Shown here: positions 10,389 through 18,016 of the stretch, piece after piece
Numbering within the stretch: position 1 is the first letter of the stretch
Layout of the letters: each line of letters begins with the position of its first letter
Source of the DNA: an uncultured Rickettsiales bacterium
Lineage (GTDB): Bacteria > Pseudomonadota > Alphaproteobacteria > Rickettsiales > SXRF01
DNA: 64,000 bases
Assembly: GCA_964575095.1 (NCBI GenBank)
Contig: CAZNPA010000008.1
Location: 11,559-75,558, forward strand
Direction of reading: 5' to 3'
The notes under the pieces: model-generated
Database searches by the model: none
What the model saw: only the letters and a program-made list of their open reading frames with translations
What the model was told of the DNA's origin: nothing
Program-made: the position numbers and the translations under genes

Positions 10389-10489
10389 GTGATTCCTTAT
10401 GAATTAGGCAATTGCGCTCTTCTGCAAGCTACGGTATATTTTGCCTCAGAGTAAGGGTTTTTGTGCCCATCCGCAACCCGCCATAACGT

Positions 10490-11134
10490 ATGAAATACCG
10501 AATGATTTCCCTTAAACGCACTTGCATGTTGCTTTGCAGCATCATAACGCTTTCCGCCTGCAGCCAGAACGGTCGCCCCGAATGGGTTAAATCCATGCTC
10601 GGCGAGAGCGATCGCGATGACCGGAACATCGTCGTCGGTGCCAAACATGCCCCGGCATTCAACCCCAAGACCGGCGATGCGAATGCCTCGCGCGCGGGGC
10701 ATGCCATAACGCCACCGCCGTCCATGAAAACCAATCCTTACGATTATTTCGATGATTACGGCAACCCGATTACGCCGTCACCGTCAGCAATGCAGCCTCC
10801 ACCGCCGGCAAAGCCGGTACCCATGCCGCGCCGGAGTTTCCCCGGCAGCGCTCCCGAACCGCAATCATCGCTGCAGCCGCTGACCGTGCCACCACCGGTG
10901 CCGGTGACCGAAACGCCGGTAGCGCCGCCAGGCGCCGCAGAAAAAGATGCCGAAAAAGATCTGAGCTACCCGTCGCTGTCATCAGTGCCGAAGATACCGC
11001 CGCAAATGCAGGCGATAAAAGCCGGCAGACAACAGCAGATGGAGGACATGCGGCAAACCCACCTGCAGGCCGAAGAGCAGCGGCAGGCCATAGGCGCCGA
11101 GCCGATGCAAACACCCGCTGCAACCGCCCCCTAG
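10490..11134 (+). CDS. Proline-rich hypothetical lipoprotein
   Basis: Signal peptide with lipobox (ITLSAC) followed by low-complexity Pro/Ala-rich sequence. No recognised domain. Confidence 0.55.
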   Translation: MKYRMISLKRTCMLLCSIITLSACSQNGRPEWVKSMLGESDRDDRNIVVGAKHAPAFNPKTGDANASRAGHAITPPPSMKTNPYDYFDDYGNPITPSPSAMQPPPPAKPVPMPRRSFPGSAPEPQSSLQPLTVPPPVPVTETPVAPPGAAEKDAEKDLSYPSLSSVPKIPPQMQAIKAGRQQQMEDMRQTHLQAEEQRQAIGAEPMQTPAATAP

Positions 11135-11146
11135 CGTGGCACACTC

Positions 11147-12367
11147 ATGAACGATGCATTTTACCGTATCAAGCGGCTGCCGCCCTATGTATTCGCCGAG
11201 GTTAATACGGTGAAGGCCAAGGCGCGTGCGGCCGGAAACGACATCATCGATTTCGGCATGGGCAATCCTGACTCCAAACCGCCGGCGCACGTCATCGAAA
11301 AATTGAAAGAAACGCTGCAGGACCCAAAATCCAGCCGTTATTCGCTATCGCGCGGTATTCATGGATTGCGCAAGGCGCAAGCCGGATATTACAAGCGCCG
11401 GTTTGGCGTCGATCTCGACCCCGAATCGGAAATCGTCGTCACCATCGGCTCGAAAGAGGGGCTGGCGAATATGGCGCAGGCGATCACCGGCCCCGGCGAT
11501 ACCTTCATTGTGCCCGATCCCAGCTATCCCATCCATATGTGGGGATTCGTCATCGCCGGCGCGGCGGAAGTCTGCACCATTCCTAACACCACCGGCCCGG
11601 AATTTTTCATGGCGCTAAAAAAACTGCTGGAAACGTCGGCAAAGAAGCCGGTGGCGCTGGTGGTCAATTTCCCCTGCAACCCGACGACGGCGTGCGTCGA
11701 TCTGGCGTTTTACGAGCAGGTAGTGGAACTGTGCCGCCATCATGGCGTTTATGTATTATCCGACCTCGCCTACTGCGAGATTTATTTCGACGGCAACAAG
11801 CCGCCGTCGATTCTACAGGTCAAGGGCGCCAAGGACATTGCGGTGGAATTCACCTCAATCAGCAAAACCTATTCCATGGCCGGCTGGCGCATCGGTTTTG
11901 CGGCAGGAAATAAAAAGCTGATAGCAGCCTTGACCAAGATAAAATCCTATCTCGATTACGGCACGTTCCTGCCGGTGCAGGTGGCGGCGGCGGCGGCCAT
12001 CAATGGCCCGCAGGACTATGTCGTGAATATCCGCAAACTGTATAAAGAGCGGCGTGATATCCTGGTCGAAGGGTTGATCGACGCCGGGTGGGACAACGTC
12101 ACCGCGCCCAGCGGCTCGATGTTCCTGTGGACGCCGATACCGCAGGCCTACCGCCATCTCGGCAGCCTGGAATTCTCGAAACTTCTATTGCAAAAAGCCG
12201 ATGTCGCCGTGGCGCCCGGTGTCGGGTTTGGCGCCGGCGGCGAAGGCTATGTGCGCATCGCCATGGTCGAGAACAAGCACCGTACGCGCCAGGCCCTGCG
12301 CAATATCAAACAATTCATGGCCGGGAAAACGGAAAAAAACATCCGCAAAACAAGGAAAATAAAATGA
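11147..12367 (+). CDS. Class I/II pyridoxal-phosphate-dependent aminotransferase (AlaC-like family)
   Basis: RLPPYVFAEVN, GMGNPD, and a PLP-lysine region SISKTYSMAGWRIGF. It overlaps the hom start by ATGA. Confidence 0.88.
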   Translation: MNDAFYRIKRLPPYVFAEVNTVKAKARAAGNDIIDFGMGNPDSKPPAHVIEKLKETLQDPKSSRYSLSRGIHGLRKAQAGYYKRRFGVDLDPESEIVVTIGSKEGLANMAQAITGPGDTFIVPDPSYPIHMWGFVIAGAAEVCTIPNTTGPEFFMALKKLLETSAKKPVALVVNFPCNPTTACVDLAFYEQVVELCRHHGVYVLSDLAYCEIYFDGNKPPSILQVKGAKDIAVEFTSISKTYSMAGWRIGFAAGNKKLIAALTKIKSYLDYGTFLPVQVAAAAAINGPQDYVVNIRKLYKERRDILVEGLIDAGWDNVTAPSGSMFLWTPIPQAYRHLGSLEFSKLLLQKADVAVAPGVGFGAGGEGYVRIAMVENKHRTRQALRNIKQFMAGKTEKNIRKTRKIK

Positions 12368-13656
12368 CCACACCGCTTCAGATCGGCATCGCAGGGCTCG
12401 GCACCGTCGGCAGCGGGACGCTCAAAATCCTAAGCGAAGACGCGGCGCTGCTTGAAGAGCGCGCGGGGCGGGCGATTGTCATTTCCGGCATCAGCGCCCG
12501 CGATAAAAACAAAAAACGCGATACCGATATTAAAAAACTGCGCTGGTTCGATGATCCATTACAGATGGCAACAGATAAGGCTATCGATGTCGTTGTCGAA
12601 TGCGTCGGCGGCGAAGGCGGCGTGGCAAAAGCGCTGGTCGAAAGCGCGCTTACGGCAGGAAAGCCGGTGGTCACCGCCAACAAAGCGCTGATCGCGCAAC
12701 ACGGCATTGCGCTGGCAGGACTTGCCGAAAAAAACCATACGGTATTGGCGTTCGAGGCGGCGGTATGCGGCGGCATACCAGTCATCAAAACCTTGCGCGA
12801 AGGACTTTCTGCAAATCGCATCACACGCATCGCCGGAATTTTAAACGGCACCTGCAATTATATCCTGACTTCGATGGCCGAGCGGGGGTGCACTTTCAAC
12901 GACGCGCTGAAACAGGCGCAGGCCAAAGGCTATGCCGAAACCGACCCCAGTTTCGACATCGATGGCACGGATACGGCGCATAAGCTCGCCATCCTCGCCG
13001 GCCTCGCTTACGGCGCGGCGCCGGCGCTGGATAAGATTCACATCGAGGGCATACGGCAGATCACCGCCGCCGATATCGCCTTTGCCGCCGAGCTGGGATA
13101 TGCGGTGAAGTTGCTCGGCATCGCCGCCATGGAAAGCGGCGCATTACTCCAGCGCGTGCATCCATGCCTGGTTCCGCTGGCGGCGTCGCTGGCGAATGTA
13201 CGCGGCGTGTTTAACGCCGTGGACATCGACGGCAGCGCGAGCGGCCCGGTGTTTTTCGAGGGTTATGGCGCGGGGGCCATGCCAACAGCGTCATCGGTGG
13301 TGGCCGATATCGTCGATATCGCGCGCGGAGCGGCCTATAAACCCTTCATCTTGCCGGTTGACCGGCTGAAATCGCTGGCCTACGCTAGCATTGGGACGCT
13401 GATTTCTCCCTATTACCTGCGGCTTTCGGTGATCGACCGACCGGGTGTTCTGGCCGAGGTGACGGCGATTCTGAAGAATGAACAGATTTCGGCGCGCTCG
13501 TTCCTGCAGCATTCGCGCCAGCCCGGCGAGACGGTGGAGGTGGTGATGACGACGCATGAAACGAGCGAAGCCGCGATGCAAAAAGCGGTGGGCGCCATTG
13601 CAAAACTGGAAAGCGTGAAAGAGCAACCGTGCATGATAAGGATTGAAAACCTATGA
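12364..13656 (+). CDS. hom: Homoserine dehydrogenase
   Basis: NAD-binding N-terminus IGIAGLGTVGSG, catalytic core and a C-terminal ACT-like domain. I reassigned the start from the ORF-track 12088 to the Met at 12364, which forms an ATGA overlap with the upstream gene. Confidence 0.92.
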   Translation: MTTPLQIGIAGLGTVGSGTLKILSEDAALLEERAGRAIVISGISARDKNKKRDTDIKKLRWFDDPLQMATDKAIDVVVECVGGEGGVAKALVESALTAGKPVVTANKALIAQHGIALAGLAEKNHTVLAFEAAVCGGIPVIKTLREGLSANRITRIAGILNGTCNYILTSMAERGCTFNDALKQAQAKGYAETDPSFDIDGTDTAHKLAILAGLAYGAAPALDKIHIEGIRQITAADIAFAAELGYAVKLLGIAAMESGALLQRVHPCLVPLAASLANVRGVFNAVDIDGSASGPVFFEGYGAGAMPTASSVVADIVDIARGAAYKPFILPVDRLKSLAYASIGTLISPYYLRLSVIDRPGVLAEVTAILKNEQISARSFLQHSRQPGETVEVVMTTHETSEAAMQKAVGAIAKLESVKEQPCMIRIENL

Positions 13657-14678
13657 GCGCAGCCGCCAAGAAAAAACAAACAGCCAAGCAAATCTCTTTC
13701 TGGTCGGACCGAAATCTGGCCTTGGAGGCCGTGCGCGTCACCGAAGCAGCAGCACTTGCCGCCTCGCGCTGGATGGGGCAGGGCCAGGAAAAAGCCGCCG
13801 ACCGCGCGGCGGTGAATGCCATGCGCGAAGCGCTAAACGGGCTATCGATTGATGGCACCGTAGTTATCGGCGAAGGCGAGCGCGACAAGGCGCCGATGCT
13901 CTATATCGGCGAAAAAGTTGGAAGCTCCCCCGGCGGCGGGCGGCAGATCGACATCGCGCTCGATCCGCTGGAAGGCACCACCATCTGCGCCAAGGGCGGC
14001 GTCAATTCGCTGGCGGTCATCGCCATGGCGGAGAAAGGCGGCTTCCTGCACGCGCCGGACGTTTATATGAACAAGATCGCCGTCGGCGGCGGATTGCCGG
14101 AGGGCGTCGTCGAGCTTGATAATAGCCCGGCCACCAATTTAAAGCGCCTCGCCAAGGCAAAAAAATGCGAGATTTCCGATCTCGTCGTCTGCATACTGGA
14201 ACGCGATAGACACGAAGCACTGATCGCCAAAACGCGCGAAGCCGGCGCCCGCATTAAACTGATTTCCGATGGCGACGTGGCCGGCGTCATCGCCACCTCG
14301 GTGCCGGAAGCGGGCATCGATCTTTACATCGGTATCGGCGGCGCGCCGGAAGGCGTGCTGGCGGCGGCGGCGCTGCGCTCGATCGGCGGCCAGATGCAAG
14401 GACGATTGCTGTTCTCCAAGCAGGAAGAAAAAACCCGCGCCAAGCGCATGGGCGTCTCCGACCTGAACAAAACCTACCATCTCGAAGATTTGGCCAAGGG
14501 CGACGTCATGTTCGCCGCCACCGGCGTCACCGATGGCTCAATGCTGAAGGGCGTTCGCCGTTTTCCCGGCGGCGCCACCACGCACTCGATCGTCATGCGC
14601 TCCAAGACCGGCACCGTCCGCACCATCGAGGCGCGGCATAATTTCACGAGAAAGACGTGGGGGGATCCTCAGTCGTAG
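13653..14678 (+). CDS. glpX: Class II fructose-1,6-bisphosphatase
   Basis: GlpX blocks DRAAVNAMREAL, GEGERDKAPML, DPLEGTT and IGGAPEGVLAAAAL. ATGA overlap with the hom stop. Confidence 0.92.
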   Translation: MSAAAKKKQTAKQISFWSDRNLALEAVRVTEAAALAASRWMGQGQEKAADRAAVNAMREALNGLSIDGTVVIGEGERDKAPMLYIGEKVGSSPGGGRQIDIALDPLEGTTICAKGGVNSLAVIAMAEKGGFLHAPDVYMNKIAVGGGLPEGVVELDNSPATNLKRLAKAKKCEISDLVVCILERDRHEALIAKTREAGARIKLISDGDVAGVIATSVPEAGIDLYIGIGGAPEGVLAAAALRSIGGQMQGRLLFSKQEEKTRAKRMGVSDLNKTYHLEDLAKGDVMFAATGVTDGSMLKGVRRFPGGATTHSIVMRSKTGTVRTIEARHNFTRKTWGDPQS

Positions 14679-14686
14679 ACAGCATG

Positions 14687-15112
14687 ACAGATTTTCGTAG
14701 CAAAGAAACCAAGCGGCTGGAGGACAAAAATATCGACCTGGTGGCAGCGTGGAACGAGATGAAAATTTTTCTTAGGAAACGGCTCAGAGAAGGGCGCGAA
14801 CAAGGTATCTCTGACGGCAGTGGCCATTACCAAATACGGGGGAAATCGGTGTATTTGCCCACCGGCACTACTTATTTTTTCCAGGCGCAGCAATTGCCCA
14901 CCGCCTGGAAACCCTTCATTGATTGCCGCGGGACGATGTTTGAAATACACCTTGAAAGATTACGCCAAGGCGCCCTTGAAAAAGGTATCATCACCGGCAA
15001 TAACCGTTATGCGGAAGATAAAATATTTAACGCACTGGTTGAGCGCATCACCGCCGGCCGCACGGCGTTTATGGCCCACGGGCAGTCGGTGGTAAGCCCG
15101 GTCTATCGCTAA
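14687..15112 (+). CDS. Hypothetical protein
   Basis: ORF with no recognised family. I placed the start at the first ATG after glpX; the ORF track starts at GTG 14657, inside glpX. G+C is slightly lower than in the neighbours. Confidence 0.45.
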   Translation, partial: TDFRSKETKRLEDKNIDLVAAWNEMKIFLRKRLREGREQGISDGSGHYQIRGKSVYLPTGTTYFFQAQQLPTAWKPFIDCRGTMFEIHLERLRQGALEKGIITGNNRYAEDKIFNALVERITAGRTAFMAHGQSVVSPVYR

Positions 15113-15115
15113 ACG

Positions 15116-15709
15116 CTAATGCAGATTTCCTGGAAACGGAATGACGTTTTCCGGCGGCATGACGACTTTTTCGCCGCCGCCCAATAGCGGCCGGTAAAAT
15201 TCCATATCCCCACCGTTGATACGCTGAAGAAAATCGGCCAGGGTTTCCTGCACCCCCACTTCGGCGCGAAGATTATCGACATGATCGGGGTCTTCAAGTG
15301 GTTTAGGCACAAAGCAACCGTTGGTGACTTCGCGCACCTGCGTGCCGAAACGCTGATGGCGCTCGAGATTGCACAAAATACGGTCGGTAAGACAGGCAAG
15401 GTAGGAAAGCTTTAGGCGGCCTTGCTTGGCCAGCTGCAGCATGAGCTGATGGCATAGCATCTGGAACTCAGGATCGTAATCGGAATGCAGCACGACCAAA
15501 AACGACGCTTCTTCCATCTCCAGGTCGAATTTGGCAGCGCTCGGCCAGCCGTTTTCGGCAATGAAGGATTTCAGCGCCTCACTTTTCTTGCGGTGGATGC
15601 CCTCTAGAAAGCGCAGCGAGCTTAGGTTATAAGCCGGACTTACCCGCGGTGGCAATTCGGCAGCGGTTTTAAGGCTGAATAGATGACTAATGTGTGCGGC
15701 GTCGAGCAT
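15116..15709 (-). CDS. Hypothetical protein
   Basis: 197-aa ORF convergent with the previous one, carrying the motif LVVLHSDYDPEFQ...YLACLTDRILCNLERHQRFGTQ. I cannot assign a family without a search. Confidence 0.55.
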   Translation of the reverse strand: MLDAAHISHLFSLKTAAELPPRVSPAYNLSSLRFLEGIHRKKSEALKSFIAENGWPSAAKFDLEMEEASFLVVLHSDYDPEFQMLCHQLMLQLAKQGRLKLSYLACLTDRILCNLERHQRFGTQVREVTNGCFVPKPLEDPDHVDNLRAEVGVQETLADFLQRINGGDMEFYRPLLGGGEKVVMPPENVIPFPGNLH

Positions 15710-15800
15710 TTTTTGGTGTTTCTTTAGTTCATTATAGCGTAAATTTTACGGGCTGTCATCGCCGTAAAACCCTAAAAGCCGCAGTTTTTAAGGCTATTTC

Positions 15801-17057
15801 ATGATTGCTTGGACTAAACATCTTTATATTCAGGTTATTATCGCCATCGTTCTTGGGGTCGCTTTTGGCTGTATGATGCCGCACGAGGCGGCAGCGATGA
15901 AACCGCTGGCGGATGCGTTTATCAAGCTCATCAAAATGCTGATCGCTCCCATCGTCTTTTGCACGGTGGTAACGGGTATTGCCGGCATGAAGAATATGGC
16001 CACCGCCGGACGCATCGGCCTTAAGGCTATTATTTACTTCGAGGTGCTGACAACGCTGGCGCTGCTCATCGGGCTGGCCGTGGCGCACCTGCACCAGCCC
16101 GGACTCAACCTGCATATCGATATGAGGACGCTCGATGCCGGTAGCATGAAAGACTATACCGCAAAAGCTGCTGCAACCGGCTCCGGCGTAGATTTTTTTC
16201 TGCATCTCATCCCGACAACGATCGTCGACGCCTTCGCCAAGGGCGACATGCTGCAGGTTCTGCTGATATCCGTTCTCTTCGCACTGGCGTTGATGAGTCT
16301 GGGCGGGCGTGGCGAAGCGGTTCACAATTTTATCCACCAGCTTTCCGCCGTTTTATTCACGATGATGGGCTGGGTCGTGCGGCTGGCGCCCATCGGCGCC
16401 TTTGCCGCCATGGCCTTTGCCGTCGGGAAATACGGCGTCGATATATTGACGTCGCTGGCGGCGCTGATGCTGGATTTTTACCTGACCTGCATTGTATTCA
16501 TCGCCGTCGGTCTGGGCGGCGTCATGCGCCTGGCCGGGCTCAGGCTGTGGCCGTTCCTCAAATATATCAAAGAGGAAATCGTGCTGGTGCTCGGCACTTC
16601 ATCGTCGGAAGCGGCGCTGCCGCGCATGCTGGATAAAATGGCGAAACTCGGCTGCGCCAAACCAGTCGTCGATATGGTGATCCCGACCGGCTATTCGTTC
16701 AACTTGGACGGCACCTGCATTTACCTCACCATGGCTGCGCTCTTCGTCGCTCACGCCACCGGCACCGAACTGACCTTTGCCGACGAACTCACATTACTGG
16801 CCGTGTTGCTCTTAACCTCCAAGGGCGCGGCGGCGGTCACCGGCGGCGGGTTCATCGTGCTGGCGGGAACGCTTTCCGCCATCGGCCATATTCCGGTCGA
16901 AGGGCTGGCGCTTATTCTGGGCGTCGATCGCTTCATGTCGGAGGGGCGCGCCATCACCAACCTCATCGGCAACGGCGTCGCCACGCTCGTCGTTTCCAAA
17001 TGGGAGCGGGCGCTGGATATGAAAAAAGTAAAAGCGGGATTGGGAATTCGGGATTAG
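15801..17057 (+). CDS. dctA: C4-dicarboxylate transporter (dicarboxylate/amino acid:cation symporter)
   Basis: Typical DAACS/DctA sequence throughout (KMLIAPIVFCTVVTGIAGM, GTSSSEAALP, IPTGYSFNLDG, TSKGAAAVTGGGF). The last codons (GLGIRD-stop) lie in the heptamer palindrome. Confidence 0.93.
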   Translation: MIAWTKHLYIQVIIAIVLGVAFGCMMPHEAAAMKPLADAFIKLIKMLIAPIVFCTVVTGIAGMKNMATAGRIGLKAIIYFEVLTTLALLIGLAVAHLHQPGLNLHIDMRTLDAGSMKDYTAKAAATGSGVDFFLHLIPTTIVDAFAKGDMLQVLLISVLFALALMSLGGRGEAVHNFIHQLSAVLFTMMGWVVRLAPIGAFAAMAFAVGKYGVDILTSLAALMLDFYLTCIVFIAVGLGGVMRLAGLRLWPFLKYIKEEIVLVLGTSSSEAALPRMLDKMAKLGCAKPVVDMVIPTGYSFNLDGTCIYLTMAALFVAHATGTELTFADELTLLAVLLLTSKGAAAVTGGGFIVLAGTLSAIGHIPVEGLALILGVDRFMSEGRAITNLIGNGVATLVVSKWERALDMKKVKAGLGIRD

Positions 17058-17117
17058 GGATTAAGAATAGTGATTTCTTTTTTCCTAATTCCCAATCCCG
17101 AATTCCCAATCCCTAAC
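17036..17117. repeat. 82-bp palindrome built from GGGATTN heptamers (MITE-like; possible bidirectional terminator)
   Basis: Left arm GGGATTGGGAATTCGGGATTAGGGATTAAG, an A/T-rich ~22-nt centre, and right arm CCTAATTCCCAATCCCGAATTCCCAATCCC, which is nearly the exact reverse complement. It spans the overlapping stops of the convergent dctA and EamA genes. Confidence 0.85.
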
Positions 17118-17974
17118 TTTGCCTCACGGCGGGCGATATAAACCGTACTGATGACGATGAGAAGCGCGCCCATCAATGTCGAAACCGTGATCGTCTCCCC
17201 GAACATTATATAGGCAAGGATACCGGCAAAAATCAGCCGCGTGAAATCGAACGGCATCAGGACTACCATGTCGGCACGCATGAAGGCACGCGTCAGCGCC
17301 AGGTGCGCCAGGGTCGAAAGCAGGGCGATTAAAAACACCAGCCATAACTGATAGGGCGTAACATCGTGCCAGTAAACAATAGCGGGCGGCACCGACCACG
17401 GAATCATAAAGAGCGCCATATAAAAGACGATAGTCTCCGGCGGTTCGGTACGCGTCAGCGTTTTCACCAGCACACCGGCTACCGCCATCATCGCCGACGA
17501 CATCAGCACAAAACTGGCGGCCGGGCTGATGCCACCGATGTCCGGCCGCATGATCACCAGCATCCCGGTAAAACCCAGCACGATGGCGCCCCAGCGATGC
17601 AGGCCGGCTTTTTCGCGCAGGAACAGGATGGCAAAGATGGTGGAGAAAATGGGCGTCGTGAACGAGAGCGCCGTCGCCAGCGTGATCGGCATGATCGAGA
17701 GCGAATAAAACCACAGCTCCATCGACACCACCCCCACTGCCGCGCGCCAGAAATGGCTTTTAAGGCGTCGGGTCGGAAAACGCGGCGAGCGGCGCTGCAA
17801 CGCCGCCGCCCAGACGACGATAATCACGAGGCTCATGACGTTGCGTAAAAACACCATCTCGGCCGGGTGCATGGTAAAGGACAGCAACCGGACGACGCTG
17901 GTCATAGCGGCGAAAAGCGCCATGCTGGCCAACATCAGGCCCATGGCGACGATGGTTTTCGAGAATGTCGGCAT
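17054..17974 (-). CDS. EamA/DMT-family transporter
   Basis: 306 aa with about 10 TM segments and two EamA-like halves. The C-terminal ~20 aa (LGIGNSGLGIRKKEITILNP) are encoded by the heptamer palindrome. Confidence 0.85.
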   Translation of the reverse strand: MPTFSKTIVAMGLMLASMALFAAMTSVVRLLSFTMHPAEMVFLRNVMSLVIIVVWAAALQRRSPRFPTRRLKSHFWRAAVGVVSMELWFYSLSIMPITLATALSFTTPIFSTIFAILFLREKAGLHRWGAIVLGFTGMLVIMRPDIGGISPAASFVLMSSAMMAVAGVLVKTLTRTEPPETIVFYMALFMIPWSVPPAIVYWHDVTPYQLWLVFLIALLSTLAHLALTRAFMRADMVVLMPFDFTRLIFAGILAYIMFGETITVSTLMGALLIVISTVYIARREAKLGIGNSGLGIRKKEITILNP

Positions 17975-18016
17975 AGTGTTTGGATTGCTAAAAAATCACT
18001 GTATCATAGCGGCCGT

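Noticed and set aside
12088-12363. ORF-track N-terminal extensions of hom, and likewise glnD 17867-18016, purN 24508-24732, bamB 30613-31050, mltA 50170-50229, cca 53387-53542 and lpxK 59951-60325
   Set aside because: Each extension overlaps the preceding gene out of frame and translates to Arg-rich junk. In every case an internal Met gives the family-typical N-terminus (or a signal peptide or lipobox) and a 4-nt overlap with the upstream stop.
15710-15800. Sigma-54 (TGGCAC-N5-TTGC) promoter upstream of dctA, as in DctBD-regulated systems
   Set aside because: Only a loose TGGTG…TTTAG resemblance exists and the GG/GC spacing is wrong. No dctBD genes are nearby. A hairpin TTTTACGG-N10-CCGTAAAA is present but has no clear role.
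17036-17117. GGGATTN heptamer arrays as a CRISPR array or telomere-like repeat
   Set aside because: The units are 7 nt and contiguous, with no spacers, and are arranged as an inverted pair. No cas genes are present. The unit is not the TTAGGG or TTTAGGG telomere repeat, and the context is the interior of a chromosome.
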